NCBI GenBank assembly: GCA_964010765.1
Contig: CAXGMD010000001.1
Coordinates: forward strand, 32,001-96,000
Direction: 5' to 3'
Source: an uncultured bacterium
Lineage (GTDB): Bacteria; SAR324; NAC60-12
Length of the DNA: 64,000 nt
Shown here: one piece after another, positions 1-10,752 of the stretch
How the letters are laid out: every line of letters starts with the position of its first letter
Numbering within the stretch: the first letter of the stretch is position 1
Made by a program: the position numbers and the translations under genes
Notes under the pieces: generated by a model
Seen by the model: the letters and a program-made list of their open reading frames with translations, nothing else
What the model was told of the DNA's origin: nothing
Databases searched by the model: none

Positions 1-2748
1 CTCCATCTAATTTTATTTATCTGTTTGTGTGAAAATACCCTCTCAATTCCTCATGCTGAGACAGTAAAATCCAATCAGAATGAAATCCTCTCAAAAATTC
101 ATATTGATTGGCAAAATTGGTTAGTCGCACTACGACAAAATTCTAATGCTGTAAAGGAGTTGGTCAGCAAAAGTGAGGACTGGAGGGATTTGAGAGGTTC
201 AGGCCCCTTTGCCGGAATGACAGTGGTTATGTTGACTACAAAGATGGGTAGTATTGAGCAACTTGAAATAATTTTGGCAAGAAAACCTGATCTCTCAACT
301 CAAGATGAATTAGGCAAGACAGCTCTTCATCATTTACTTGAACGCAAAGGAATCTTCACTGGGCATCTCAAAAAATTGTTGGAGGCTGGTGCGCCAATTA
401 ATCAAGGTGATGTGATTTCAAATAATCCGCTTCACTTGGCTGCAGCAAAAGAGGGAGTAGAGAGTTTAGAGTTGCTCATTCAATATGGTGCGAACCTAGA
501 AGCAATGAATCTTTCTGGAAAAACACCTCTGATGGTAGCTGCTACAAATGGTAGAAAAGCGAACGTAGAGTTTTTAATTAGTTCTGGTGCAGATCCACTA
601 GTGGAATCTGCCTCTGGATATAATGCCTGGATGTTTGCTGCAAGAGGGGGACATGAAAAGATATTAGAACTTTTAATCCAAAATTCTGCTTATCAGATTG
701 AACATACAGAGAAGATGCATTTAAGAAATGCACTTCACTTGGCCACAATTGAAGGCCATTTGGAAACAATCAAATTCTTAATCTCCTCTGGATTGAACGT
801 CAATCAGGGGGATAATCTTGAATTGACACCACTTCATCTAGCTGTCAGTTCAAAAAAACCAGAATCAGTAGATCTTCTCCTCAATAATGGAGCGAGCGCT
901 TATCTCCAAGATAATACAGGTATAACTCCCCTAGAGTTGGCAGTAATGTCAGGGGATCTGCAAATACTTAAACTACTTTTAAAACAGCCTCCAGATGCTC
1001 CGTTGGCAACTTCAGCAAGAGAGAATGCATTAAGAGAAGCTGCATTTCAGGGTAATTTTAACTTAGTTCAAGAACTGGTTCAACAAAACATCGCTCCACA
1101 TACCAAGAACATAAATGGACAAACAGCATGGATTGTGGCTGTTTCTGCGGGGAACAACGAAATTGCCGACTATCTTGCTTCACAGCCTGGACCACAAGCT
1201 CTTAACGTCATTTTTGCAGCAGAATTTGGTTTCAATGAACGTCTTTCAGTTCTTCTCAAAGAAAATGTTGGTGTAAATATTTCAGATGTTCGAGGATTCT
1301 CTCCACTAATGCTTGCAGCAGGCAGAGGTGATGTAGAAATGTTGTCTAGTCTAATCAAATCTGGTGCTGACATTAATCACCAAAGCTTACAAGGCTGGAA
1401 TGTACTCTCTTTGGCAATCTCAAGTGGTTCAATAGAAACAGTAAAAAAGATATTACAAGTAGATTCAAAATTGATTTTTCAAGAAGATAAAGAAGGTTGG
1501 AACGCACTGCATTGGGCTGCATTTCATGGTGATTTAGAGATCATTAATCTCCTCTTACCTTTCACTGATGACGTGGACAAAAAAGATCATCAGCAAAGAA
1601 CTCCACTTCAATTAGCAGCAATAGAGGGTCATCAAAGCATCGTGAGAACACTGATAGAGTGGAAAGCATCAGCGTCTTTAAAAGATCAATCTGGTCGAAC
1701 TGTAATGGAACAAGCAATTCTGTATCGGCAAAAGGATGTTCTAGAAAATCTTTTTATCCTGGGCATCTCGGCCAGTGCGGGTCTCAGGTACGCGTCTTCA
1801 ATTGGTGAAGTAGAATTATTACCTTTATTTCAAAAGTATGGAGCCAATCTAGATGAAGCAGATGAAGATGGGAATACCCCGTTATTGTTGGCTGTTTTAG
1901 GTGAACATCAAGAAACTGTATCTGGGTTACTTGATTTCGGTGCTGATCCAAACCTGACGAATGCAAAAGGACTGACTCCTTTGATTTTGGCCATTAGAAG
2001 CCGTCAGCCTAGTCTTACATCGATTCTGTTGAAGTATCCATTAGATCTTGAAAGGCAAGATCCTTTTGGAAATACATCTTTATTGACTGCTGCTCTCAAT
2101 GGAAATGAAGAGATTGTAGACCAATTAATAATTGCTGGGGCCAAATTAGAGCATTCAAATTACATGGGACAGAATGTTCTCCATCTAGCTGCATTACAAG
2201 GGCAAGTAGGTATAGTCAAAAGATTACTTGATGCGAATTTAAGCCCAATGAAGACAGATCAATTCGGGTTGACTGCTTTTCATAGGGCTGCTGAAAATGG
2301 TCATGCGGGTGTGATTAGAACTTTTTTGGAAACGAAAACAGTCGATCTCAATATTAATGTTCTTGATGCACACGGTGATGGTGGTACACCATGGCTTTTA
2401 GCTGCTAAACGCGGTCACATCAATGTGCTCGAAGTTTTGTTAGAAGCCAGTGCAGATTCTGATGCTGTTGAACTGCTCAACGGAACAACTGCCCTTCAAT
2501 TTGCCTCAGCAGAAGGAAAAGAATCTACAGTTCGATGGTTGTTAGAAAAAAAACTATCAAAAATTGATGAAACAGACTTTTTGGGAAATACTGCCCTGCA
2601 CTACGCATCTCAAAAAGGTCAGGAGTTAGTTATAGACGAATTGATGAGGTGGGGAGCAAATCCGCAGAAAGAAAATTATGAAGGAAAAATACCATCAGAG
2701 ATTGCTCAAAAATTATCAAATGACACTACACTAAACACTCTTAATTAG
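1..2748 (+). CDS. Large ankyrin-repeat protein, probably 5'-truncated by the window edge and possibly exported
   Basis: More than 20 G-x-T-P/A-L-H-x-A-A ankyrin repeats. The frame is open from base 1 (LHLILFICLCENT, hydrophobic), so the TTG at 25 is probably not the true start. Confidence 0.9.
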   Translation, partial: LHLILFICLCENTLSIPHAETVKSNQNEILSKIHIDWQNWLVALRQNSNAVKELVSKSEDWRDLRGSGPFAGMTVVMLTTKMGSIEQLEIILARKPDLSTQDELGKTALHHLLERKGIFTGHLKKLLEAGAPINQGDVISNNPLHLAAAKEGVESLELLIQYGANLEAMNLSGKTPLMVAATNGRKANVEFLISSGADPLVESASGYNAWMFAARGGHEKILELLIQNSAYQIEHTEKMHLRNALHLATIEGHLETIKFLISSGLNVNQGDNLELTPLHLAVSSKKPESVDLLLNNGASAYLQDNTGITPLELAVMSGDLQILKLLLKQPPDAPLATSARENALREAAFQGNFNLVQELVQQNIAPHTKNINGQTAWIVAVSAGNNEIADYLASQPGPQALNVIFAAEFGFNERLSVLLKENVGVNISDVRGFSPLMLAAGRGDVEMLSSLIKSGADINHQSLQGWNVLSLAISSGSIETVKKILQVDSKLIFQEDKEGWNALHWAAFHGDLEIINLLLPFTDDVDKKDHQQRTPLQLAAIEGHQSIVRTLIEWKASASLKDQSGRTVMEQAILYRQKDVLENLFILGISASAGLRYASSIGEVELLPLFQKYGANLDEADEDGNTPLLLAVLGEHQETVSGLLDFGADPNLTNAKGLTPLILAIRSRQPSLTSILLKYPLDLERQDPFGNTSLLTAALNGNEEIVDQLIIAGAKLEHSNYMGQNVLHLAALQGQVGIVKRLLDANLSPMKTDQFGLTAFHRAAENGHAGVIRTFLETKTVDLNINVLDAHGDGGTPWLLAAKRGHINVLEVLLEASADSDAVELLNGTTALQFASAEGKESTVRWLLEKKLSKIDETDFLGNTALHYASQKGQELVIDELMRWGANPQKENYEGKIPSEIAQKLSNDTTLNTLN

Positions 2749-2758
2749 ATCCTTACAA

Positions 2759-3424
2759 ATGAAAGAGCATGCCTACGTATTCGATGCTTATGGAACACTA
2801 CTAGACATACATGCTGCTAGTCACAAACATTCAGTCTTGTTGGGAGAAAATGCTTCTCAAGTCTCAGATCTATGGAGAAAAAAGCAATTAGAGTATACTT
2901 GGTTACGAAGTCTGATGGGAGTCCATGTTGATTTTTGGGAGATTACGAAGGATACCTTGTCCTACGCTTTAGAGTATTTTGAAATAGATCAAGAAGGGTG
3001 TTTTGATGAACTTTGCTCAAGTTATCTAGAAATTCCTTGTTACGCTGAAGTCCCTCGGCTGTTGGAAAGTTTGAAAAATCAAGGACACAAGGTTGCGATT
3101 CTTTCAAATGGTTCTCCAAATATGATTCAGAGTGCTGTGAACGCAAACAAGCTTGAAGACTTGTTTGATGCGATTCTATCAGTCGAAGATGTGGGGGTCT
3201 TTAAACCAGCTCGAAAGGTATATAGCTTGGTTGAAGAAAAACTAGGCGTTATTCCTGGAAAAACTAATTTTTTCTCATCAAACGCTTGGGATGTTGCAGG
3301 GGCTAGTGTTTTTGGATTTTCTGTAGTCTGGGTGAATCGATTTAATCAACCTGCAGAAAGACTACCTGGAATGCCTCGGCTGACGGTAAAGAATCTAGAA
3401 GAATGGTGGGAGAAAGAAGGCTGA
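2759..3424 (+). CDS. Haloacid dehalogenase, type II (HAD superfamily)
   Basis: Motifs FDAYGTL, WRKKQLEYTW, LSNG, FKP and SSNAWDVAGA. Confidence 0.9.
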   Translation: MKEHAYVFDAYGTLLDIHAASHKHSVLLGENASQVSDLWRKKQLEYTWLRSLMGVHVDFWEITKDTLSYALEYFEIDQEGCFDELCSSYLEIPCYAEVPRLLESLKNQGHKVAILSNGSPNMIQSAVNANKLEDLFDAILSVEDVGVFKPARKVYSLVEEKLGVIPGKTNFFSSNAWDVAGASVFGFSVVWVNRFNQPAERLPGMPRLTVKNLEEWWEKEG

Positions 3425-3439
3425 CCTAAAGGTTAAAGC

Positions 3440-4726
3440 TCAGTTCGTCAGTTCAGATAGTTGCTCGAAGTAATCAGGAAAAGTTTTGCCCACACATGAT
3501 GGATCAAGAATGGTGATGGGCACTTCACTGCATGCCGCAAGTGAGAAAGCCATAGCCATTCTGTGATCATCATAGGTTGCGATCTCTGCCGGTAAAAGTT
3601 TCTCAGGTGGTTCAATGATGATGTAATCTTCACCTTCCTCAACTATGGCACCGAGTTTTTTAAGTTCAGAGGACACGGCTTTCAAGCGTTCGGTTTCTTT
3701 GAGACGCCAATTATAAATATTACGAATTGCAGTAGTGCCTTTGGCAAATAATGCTGCAACAGCGAGCGTCATTGCAGCGTCAGGCATCTCGTTCATATCC
3801 ACGTCAATTCCTTTAAGGTTTCCAGAACCTCGGACTGTAATTTGGTTGGCTTCCCACTGAACTTCTGCACCCATCATCTCCATAATCTTAGCAAATTGGG
3901 CGTCACCTTGAAGGCTATCAGTTCCGCATCCGATGACAGTTACGGTTCCACCTGTAATCGCAGCTCCGGCTAGAAAATAGGATGCGGATGAGGCATCTCC
4001 TTCAACAAAATAGGTCTTAGGGCTTTTGTAGCTTTGTGGTGCGTTTATTTGAAAACTCTTAAAGTCTTCAGAAACACCAACATTCACTCCAAATCGATTC
4101 ATCAGCCGGATTGTCATCTCTACATAGGGAATAGAAACAAGATGATCTCTGATTCTAATCTCAACGGGAGTTTGAGCGTATGGTGAGGTTAGAAGAATTG
4201 CTGAAAGGTATTGACTGCTAATCGCCCCACTAAGTTTGGTAACTCCACCTGGAAGCCCATTGGCAATTATTTCAACGGGCGGACAACCTGAGTTATTTAT
4301 AGATCGAACCTGAGCGCCAAGCTGATTCAACCCATCAAGTAAATCTTGGATAGGCCGTTCTCGCATGCGCTCGATGCCATCCAGAACGAATCGGCCATGT
4401 CCCAAAGTGAGGGCAGCTGTTAGTGGTCGGATAGCTGTCCCAGCATTGCCCAAGAATAATTCAGTCTCATCTACAGGGATTCTCCCTCCCTCCCCTTTGA
4501 CGCGAATTTTCTTACTAGGTCTGTCCTCTTCATACAATATTTTGAGTTTTGCCAAGGCATCTATCATTCTCCGCACGTCATCGCTGTCGAGCAAATTCTC
4601 AATGAAGGTTTCACCCTCCGAAAGCATTGCGAGCAGAAGGACTCGGTTGGACAAACTCTTCGAACCGGGGAGTGTGATGCTTCCAGAAATCCTGCGAATT
4701 GGATCAAGTCGAAGTTGCTCAGTCAT
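3440..4726 (-). CDS. aroA: 3-phosphoshikimate 1-carboxyvinyltransferase (EPSP synthase)
   Basis: Motifs [32 protein letters not shown] and DDHRMAM. Confidence 0.97.
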   Translation of the reverse strand: MTEQLRLDPIRRISGSITLPGSKSLSNRVLLLAMLSEGETFIENLLDSDDVRRMIDALAKLKILYEEDRPSKKIRVKGEGGRIPVDETELFLGNAGTAIRPLTAALTLGHGRFVLDGIERMRERPIQDLLDGLNQLGAQVRSINNSGCPPVEIIANGLPGGVTKLSGAISSQYLSAILLTSPYAQTPVEIRIRDHLVSIPYVEMTIRLMNRFGVNVGVSEDFKSFQINAPQSYKSPKTYFVEGDASSASYFLAGAAITGGTVTVIGCGTDSLQGDAQFAKIMEMMGAEVQWEANQITVRGSGNLKGIDVDMNEMPDAAMTLAVAALFAKGTTAIRNIYNWRLKETERLKAVSSELKKLGAIVEEGEDYIIIEPPEKLLPAEIATYDDHRMAMAFSLAACSEVPITILDPSCVGKTFPDYFEQLSELTN

Positions 4727-5646
4727 GCACTCTGTCGAATCTTTTTCTCGATAAAAAACTCTGCTGCTTTGTAGGAACTACGCACCAAAGGACCGGAAGC
4801 AACATACAAAAAGCCTAATTCCTCTCCAATCTTTTTGAAATCCTCAAACTCTTCAGGAGTGACAAATCTTTCAACAGCAAGATGCTTCAGCGTCGGTTGT
4901 AAGTATTGACCTAAAGTCAAGAAGCTCACACCAACCGCTCTCATATCACGCATTGCTTCCACAACCTCTTCCTTGGACTCGCCCAAGCCGAGCATTAAAG
5001 AAGATTTTGTGTACCTATTTTCAGAACTGTTCTCATGAAGATATTTGAGCACTGCAAGTGATTGATCATAGGTAGCTCTAGGATCACGTACCCTTGGTGT
5101 CAATCGACGAACCGTTTCAAGATTATGAGCCAATACCGCAGCTTGAGAATCAATAACTTGCTGAACCAAGTTGAGTTCACCACGGAAATCAGGCATCAGG
5201 ATTTCTATCAATAAATTGGGATTTGCTCTTTGCGTTGATCGGATACAGCGGGCAATGTGGCCAGCGCCCTGATCTTCCAAATCATCTCGATCTACAGTTG
5301 TTAAAACAACATATCCTAGCTTCATCTGACGGATGGTATCAGCCAATTTCAAGGGTTCTTCAATGTCCAGTGGGCCAGGTTTTTTTTCAGTTTTTACCGA
5401 GCAAAACCGGCAGCCTCTAGTACAGGTATCACCCATGACCATGAAGGTCGCAGTTCCACTATTCCAGCATTCCCCGATGTTTGGGCAACGAGCTTCTTCG
5501 CATACTGTACTGAGGGCTAGTTTTCTTGCCTGACTTTCAATCCAATGAAACCTCTCACCAGATGGGAACCTAACTTTCAGCCAGGAAGGTTTGGGAAGCC
5601 GATCGTGCCGTTTCCGAAAATTCTGTTTCTCTAATATAGCTGTCAT
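4723..5646 (-). CDS. lipA: Lipoyl synthase
   Basis: Motifs [20 protein letters not shown] and VRSSY. Confidence 0.97.
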   Translation of the reverse strand: MTAILEKQNFRKRHDRLPKPSWLKVRFPSGERFHWIESQARKLALSTVCEEARCPNIGECWNSGTATFMVMGDTCTRGCRFCSVKTEKKPGPLDIEEPLKLADTIRQMKLGYVVLTTVDRDDLEDQGAGHIARCIRSTQRANPNLLIEILMPDFRGELNLVQQVIDSQAAVLAHNLETVRRLTPRVRDPRATYDQSLAVLKYLHENSSENRYTKSSLMLGLGESKEEVVEAMRDMRAVGVSFLTLGQYLQPTLKHLAVERFVTPEEFEDFKKIGEELGFLYVASGPLVRSSYKAAEFFIEKKIRQSA

Positions 5647-5678
5647 GTTCTTAGACGGAAGTTGATGTGAATAGGAAA

Positions 5679-7385
5679 TTAATCTTCAACTTTCAGGGCT
5701 GCTTCTTCAGCACGAGCTTCCCCCAGGAATTCCTGCTGCATTGTCCCAAATTCGTCAAGATGATCTGCATGTGGTGAATAGTAAATATTCAAGTTGCCCC
5801 GGTCAGTATCTTCCCAGAAAGTAGGTCCAGAGAATCGCAACCTAGCGAAGATGATTTTCATATTTCTCAAAAAGACTTCCTCACCAAGTAGATTTCTATC
5901 CTGAAGGGTGTCTTTGGCAATGACTCGCGCTCGAGTCCTATCCCCTTTGGCCATGTAGTGCAAAGCAAGACCAATGTGTAGAAGCCGTATTCCGTGCGAA
6001 TTGGTGAAGAATGAAACCAATTGATCTCTCTCGGAACCAGTTGGGTTGTCTAGCAGGAGAAAGGATTTTAATAATGTGTCATGTACCTCTGAATCCCAAT
6101 TGAGTTCATCAATGCGGATCATAATTTTCTGCATTTCTGTCGCAATCACATCCAAGATGAATCCAACTGCTGGGGATTGGCGAACTGCCTTAAAACATTC
6201 TGCATTGTAAAAAGTTAGATAGAAAAAACAGGTCTTCACCCGATCAACCATGCCAGCTTCTACCAGGGCATTAGTAAACAACCCATAGTGAAAAATTAAG
6301 TTATACAGGTTCCTTGGTTCGTTGTTGTACATCCCATGTTTTAGGGCAAAACGTAGATGTGTGTTCAATCGAACCATGATCATCGTGATCAGATCATCAT
6401 CTTTCAACTCAATGCCTTTGCGACCCAACATACCTACTTGTTCAACACATAATGTTGACAGGTCAAAATCTCCTTTTTCAAGAAAAGTAATGTAGACATT
6501 TCCAATCAAGCGAAGACTTTTTTGCTCGAAAAACAATTTTGTTTCCTCAATTGTTTTCATCTCGTCTTGCATCGTTTTAAAGGAGATATCCTCCCTGATT
6601 GATGGCTGAACCTTGAAGAAGGAATTTGGTAGCTGGTGTTTAAATTCGACATAAAATCTAAGTAATTCGCCCAATCCTTCAATAATCAATGCCTTCGGCT
6701 CTTTGTATGGAGTGAAGGTCAGTAAATCGATAAGCTGGTTCTGTGCTTCAAATAATTGTAATTGCTCTTTGGGGTAGGCTTCTTTCGTTTTTTTACGTGT
6801 TTCCTGTTGTGCTAAATTTCGAAAAATAGATTTGCTTCCCCCAAGTACCTGTTTGATTACATTATGGGTCTTGGTAGATAGCAAAACCGCGAGGACAAAA
6901 GGAAAATTTGTGAATAAAAAAACAGGGAAGAGGACGTGATAGTTGAAAACTAGACTTGGTGAAACATCATAGCCTATTTCTGGGAGGAGTTTTAAAGTGT
7001 AGCAATGGGCTGCACAGGCCATAGTCCACCAGACATATGACATGGTCGGCACATTTTCCATGTAAAGATCAATTAACTTAGGGGCACTTTGTGCGGCTAA
7101 GCTGACCACTACAGTGATACTGGCTAGGATAGATCCAAGATAAACTGTCCAAACGATTGGTGAATATCCCGCATCAATGTTAAGCCAACTTAATTGATCA
7201 GGGGAAGGTAAAACGTTCTCGTAAACTGGAAAAATGAATGTAACGAATAGACGATCAAGCACGATCACTAGCAGCATGCAAATGATCGCAATCCGCAAAG
7301 ATAAGTTACTCGTTAGAAGCTTTATGATCGGCTGGAAGAAATCGCTTCCTACCGCGGCATCTGCGCGGATAGCTTGTGACTGCAT
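5679..7385 (-). CDS. Membrane protein: N-terminal TM bundle (DUF2254-like) plus a large helical cytoplasmic region
   Basis: 568-aa ORF with about four hydrophobic segments in the first 170 aa, lying within a co-directional operon. The family assignment is tentative. Confidence 0.6.
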   Translation of the reverse strand: MQSQAIRADAAVGSDFFQPIIKLLTSNLSLRIAIICMLLVIVLDRLFVTFIFPVYENVLPSPDQLSWLNIDAGYSPIVWTVYLGSILASITVVVSLAAQSAPKLIDLYMENVPTMSYVWWTMACAAHCYTLKLLPEIGYDVSPSLVFNYHVLFPVFLFTNFPFVLAVLLSTKTHNVIKQVLGGSKSIFRNLAQQETRKKTKEAYPKEQLQLFEAQNQLIDLLTFTPYKEPKALIIEGLGELLRFYVEFKHQLPNSFFKVQPSIREDISFKTMQDEMKTIEETKLFFEQKSLRLIGNVYITFLEKGDFDLSTLCVEQVGMLGRKGIELKDDDLITMIMVRLNTHLRFALKHGMYNNEPRNLYNLIFHYGLFTNALVEAGMVDRVKTCFFYLTFYNAECFKAVRQSPAVGFILDVIATEMQKIMIRIDELNWDSEVHDTLLKSFLLLDNPTGSERDQLVSFFTNSHGIRLLHIGLALHYMAKGDRTRARVIAKDTLQDRNLLGEEVFLRNMKIIFARLRFSGPTFWEDTDRGNLNIYYSPHADHLDEFGTMQQEFLGEARAEEAALKVED

Positions 7386-7422
7386 GATTTTCGAGGCTTA
7401 ACCTGTTTTCCTTGTAATCATC

Positions 7423-7644
7423 TTAGTCTTCATCTTCGGAAATTGGTCTTTGATAACGGATCCTGCCCTCATTCGTCTCTAAAATAGCTTGGAATGTAGG
7501 TTTGTGCTCTAGTTCCAACTTTTCTTCCTCATCCATTTCGTAAATGGTCTTCGCTCGCTTAGCGGTGACAAGGACTTTCTCAAAAAGATTGACTCCATCT
7601 TGTTTATTATGTTCTTCCATAAATTTAAGATAGTCCGAATTCAT
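7423..7644 (-). CDS. rpoZ: RNA polymerase omega subunit
   Basis: 73 aa. NLFEKVLVTAKRAK and KPTFQAILETNEGRI match the omega patterns N.(F/Y)...L..A.RAR and KP...A..E...G.I. GGAG RBS upstream. Confidence 0.75.
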   Translation of the reverse strand: MNSDYLKFMEEHNKQDGVNLFEKVLVTAKRAKTIYEMDEEEKLELEHKPTFQAILETNEGRIRYQRPISEDED

Positions 7645-7675
7645 TTAAATCTCCGAAAAAATGTTTGGTAATGAA

Positions 7676-8359
7676 CTAACGAATTTGTCTAAGAAGATCC
7701 TCAGCTTCTTGCTGAAAAGGAGAGTCTTTCATCTCAGAAAGTTTGCTCAGATAACCGGTGGCTTCTTCCTTTTTGTTCTGGTTCAAACTGATGCGGGCAA
7801 GATTGCGTAAGCGCAAATCATCCCAACGGGCATTATCGAGCTGTAGTAGATATTTGCGCGCCTCGTCAATTTTACCCTGAGCCTCCATTACAGCTGACAA
7901 GTTAAGTCGGGCCATGTTTCTTGAAAAATCTGGAACCTCATTTCCAAGAATAATCTCCTTCAGTTTTTTTTCAGCTTCCCCCCAGTTTTTCAGTCGGCTC
8001 TGTGCTTCAGCAACTTGTAATTGACTAACAATCCTCATGGACGCGGTGTTTGCTTGTTCTAGATAATGAGTGAGAGCTTTGACCTCTTGTTCAGGTCTCT
8101 TTTGCAAAGCAGCTTTTACCGCGGCTTGCTGAGAAGCGTAGAACAGATTGGCTTCGGTCTCCATTTGCAGGCGTTGTTGCTCCTGCCAATACCAAACCCC
8201 AATACCAATTGCCGCAACGGTCAGTCCCCCTGCGATGTATCTTTGGCGTTGTCTATAGATCCGATCAGCCATAAGAAACATGAATTGCTGAAAACGATCT
8301 GGCTTGTTGAGGTTCAAATCATCTGCTGAATGATTAAGAGAATTGTTTTGCTTGGACAT
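7676..8359 (-). CDS. YfgM-like single-TM tetratricopeptide-repeat protein
   Basis: TM segment (IAGGLTVAAIGIGVWYW) followed by TPR-like helices. Confidence 0.65.
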   Translation of the reverse strand: MSKQNNSLNHSADDLNLNKPDRFQQFMFLMADRIYRQRQRYIAGGLTVAAIGIGVWYWQEQQRLQMETEANLFYASQQAAVKAALQKRPEQEVKALTHYLEQANTASMRIVSQLQVAEAQSRLKNWGEAEKKLKEIILGNEVPDFSRNMARLNLSAVMEAQGKIDEARKYLLQLDNARWDDLRLRNLARISLNQNKKEEATGYLSKLSEMKDSPFQQEAEDLLRQIR

Positions 8360-8563
8360 TGGTGAAGATATTTTTGAAATGGATGCTCATGCTTTTTGCA
8401 TGAATATGTGCTGAAAAATCCATGCCTGAGCTGATTAAAAGTCAAGCCTCTTATACTGAGACCATCTGTCGATTAGTGCAAGCTCAAAGGATGGCTTGTT
8501 TGCTGCAAAGCTTTGAACCCAATCTATCAACTCACAACCAGTTTGCCACAAGGAATCCCCACC

Positions 8564-9010
8564 ATGAATGGCATTTGGAATCGCTGCCCAACAATATTTA
8601 ATCGACTATTCTTAGCATTCACAATCGCTTTATTCTTGGGCGGTATGGGTGGAGGAGATGAAAATCTCACTGGTGGGTTGCCTCTCCCTGAAAAAAACTT
8701 TGTTGTCGGTATCACTGATCGAACGGGGATGCAGACCGAATCCTCACGCTTAACTTGGGAGGGTAAAGTCCATTTTAGAGGGAAATACGGTGAGGCCACA
8801 GTAAACGTTCCTTTCGCAAAAATAAGCCAAGTCGACTTTAGACCAGCAAACACAGGAACTTCTTCCTATACAGTTGCGACAGTGACGCTGAACTCAGGAC
8901 AACAATTGGACCTGTCTCTAGAGAACCAGTCAAACGTGTATGCAGAAACCCCTTTTGGTGAACTGGAAATCAGTGTAGCCGATCTCCGTCAGTTGGATTT
9001 CTCCGAATGA
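8564..9010 (+). CDS. Hypothetical exported protein
   Basis: ATG at 8564 with AAGGA upstream. Hydrophobic N-terminus followed by a beta-rich domain. Overlaps the next gene by ATGA. Confidence 0.6.
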   Translation: MNGIWNRCPTIFNRLFLAFTIALFLGGMGGGDENLTGGLPLPEKNFVVGITDRTGMQTESSRLTWEGKVHFRGKYGEATVNVPFAKISQVDFRPANTGTSSYTVATVTLNSGQQLDLSLENQSNVYAETPFGELEISVADLRQLDFSE

Positions 9011-10260
9011 ATCTTGTCCGCATCATCGTTGTTATCAGTTTAATTCTCGGCTCTGTGAGCCATGCCCTTTCACAATCAAACTTTTTCCAAGAAGACCTGT
9101 TCAATCTGGAATCTGATGTGATGAGTGGTTTCAGTGACGACGGTCGAATGAAAGTTTTGATGCTGACTCTAGCACCTTATGGGATGACCGAAACGGCAGC
9201 AGGTGAAATTAGTAAGGCTCTACAATTAAGTATCTTCAACACAAATCATTTCACAGTAGTTGGCCCATCTGAATGGAACGCTCAAATTCGTGAGAGAGAT
9301 CCAAGTCTTGCAGATTGTAATGATATTGCCTGTGGAGTTTTGGTTGGAAAGCTGTTCCGTGCTGATAAGGTTCTTGTTGGATCTATCCGAAATACTTCTA
9401 TTTTAGAGGTAGATGGAGAGACCCAGGGTTTTCAGATGGATGTTCGATTAGTTGATGTGCTGACTAATGTGACAGATTACACCGATCAGATATTATTTAC
9501 TGACGCCCAGATGCATGAAGAATTTTTCATGCTTGCCCAGCGACTCTCAAAAAATACAGAGTTGCAGGGATATGTGACGAGCCTTACGAACAGCAGTATT
9601 GTGGTAGATTTAGGAGTGGAGCATGGTTTGGAGATGGGAGCTCAATTGGTGATTTTTCGCCGAGAAGCAGACCTATTGAGTTCTGGAGATTCAGAGGTGC
9701 CAAAAGAAACCAATATTGCGATTGCACGTGTTCATCGGATTAGTCAGGGCCGGGCGAATGCGATAATTGTCCAACAAATCGAGCTAGTTCGGGAGGGAGA
9801 TTTCGTAAAGACTTATCTAGATGTCAGTAAGCAGATTAAGTTGATTTCAGACACCAGGCGTGAGTTAGATACACAGAAAAGATTAGAGCCTCCTCAAGAG
9901 GAATTTCCGCTTCAGCCTGAATTAGTAATCACGGATAGAGATCTATGGCTTCAACGTTTGCAAATTGCTGCGGCGGAGGAAGAGCGATGGATGATAGCTA
10001 CAGTTGGGACTGGAGCAGGAACACTACTACTTCTCAGTGGGCGTTTGGAATTGGCACAACAATCAGAAGGGGTTGGTCAATTGCTTCCTTGGATCGTGGG
10101 TGCTGCCTTTGGGTATAGTGGATATCAGTACATTCAAGCAAGGAATCTAGTGAGTGAAATTAAAGCTGAGGGAGAAATCAAAGGTTTTGTCAGCAATTGG
10201 CAGTTTCAGTGGAATTTAGATAAAAATCAGCCAAATCTTGTTTTCAACTACAATTTCTGA
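9007..10260 (+). CDS. Exported protein with a CsgG/TolB-N-like alpha-beta domain and a FlgT-C-like beta domain
   Basis: Signal peptide; CNDIACGVLVGKLFRADKVLVGSI (CsgG/DUF2380-like); VVDLGVEHGLEMG (FlgT C-terminal-like); ends in YNF. Confidence 0.6.
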   Translation: MNLVRIIVVISLILGSVSHALSQSNFFQEDLFNLESDVMSGFSDDGRMKVLMLTLAPYGMTETAAGEISKALQLSIFNTNHFTVVGPSEWNAQIRERDPSLADCNDIACGVLVGKLFRADKVLVGSIRNTSILEVDGETQGFQMDVRLVDVLTNVTDYTDQILFTDAQMHEEFFMLAQRLSKNTELQGYVTSLTNSSIVVDLGVEHGLEMGAQLVIFRREADLLSSGDSEVPKETNIAIARVHRISQGRANAIIVQQIELVREGDFVKTYLDVSKQIKLISDTRRELDTQKRLEPPQEEFPLQPELVITDRDLWLQRLQIAAAEEERWMIATVGTGAGTLLLLSGRLELAQQSEGVGQLLPWIVGAAFGYSGYQYIQARNLVSEIKAEGEIKGFVSNWQFQWNLDKNQPNLVFNYNF

Positions 10261-10361
10261 AAATCTCGATTACTGAAGGAATTTAAAATTATTGTCATAG
10301 TCTTCGCAGATTTTATTTTCATTGGCAGTTACACTTAGATCAAATTACATCAAAATCTTCC

Positions 10362-10748
10362 ATGCCAGATTTATCTGCTACAGAATATCCCACATTTTTT
10401 CAGAATCTCTCTCAAAGAGTTCAGGCTGAGGAAGTTTCATCGCTGCATGTCCTTGGCGAAGATTTCTTTAGCCTAGTCGATATTTTCAGTCAGCAACTCT
10501 TTGAGGAATTCCAGGGAGATCTGCTACTGTTGGAGATGGAACCAGAATCGTTCCTTTGGGAGCTTCAAGTACTGACCAATCAATTTCTTCGCAAATCGAT
10601 TGATTCCCCCCTTCAATTACGTCCCTTCTGCCGACAACTGCGACAACAAATGCAGAATCCTACCTTCGCTGATGAAATCTGCTCGATGCTGAAGAAAAAC
10701 TATCAGGATCATTTCTATCAGGTACCTCAGTCGCAACTCCTCGTTTGA
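10362..10748 (+). CDS. Hypothetical protein
   Basis: 128-aa ORF that fills the gap and ends 4 nt before the next gene. Confidence 0.6.
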   Translation: MPDLSATEYPTFFQNLSQRVQAEEVSSLHVLGEDFFSLVDIFSQQLFEEFQGDLLLLEMEPESFLWELQVLTNQFLRKSIDSPLQLRPFCRQLRQQMQNPTFADEICSMLKKNYQDHFYQVPQSQLLV

Positions 10749-10752
10749 CCTA

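Noticed and set aside
2759..3424. HAD gene as the missing phosphonatase for the phosphonate locus
   Set aside because: Its motifs are those of type II haloacid dehalogenases (DAYGT, SSNxWD), not PhnX (DWAGT), and it is 13 kb away.
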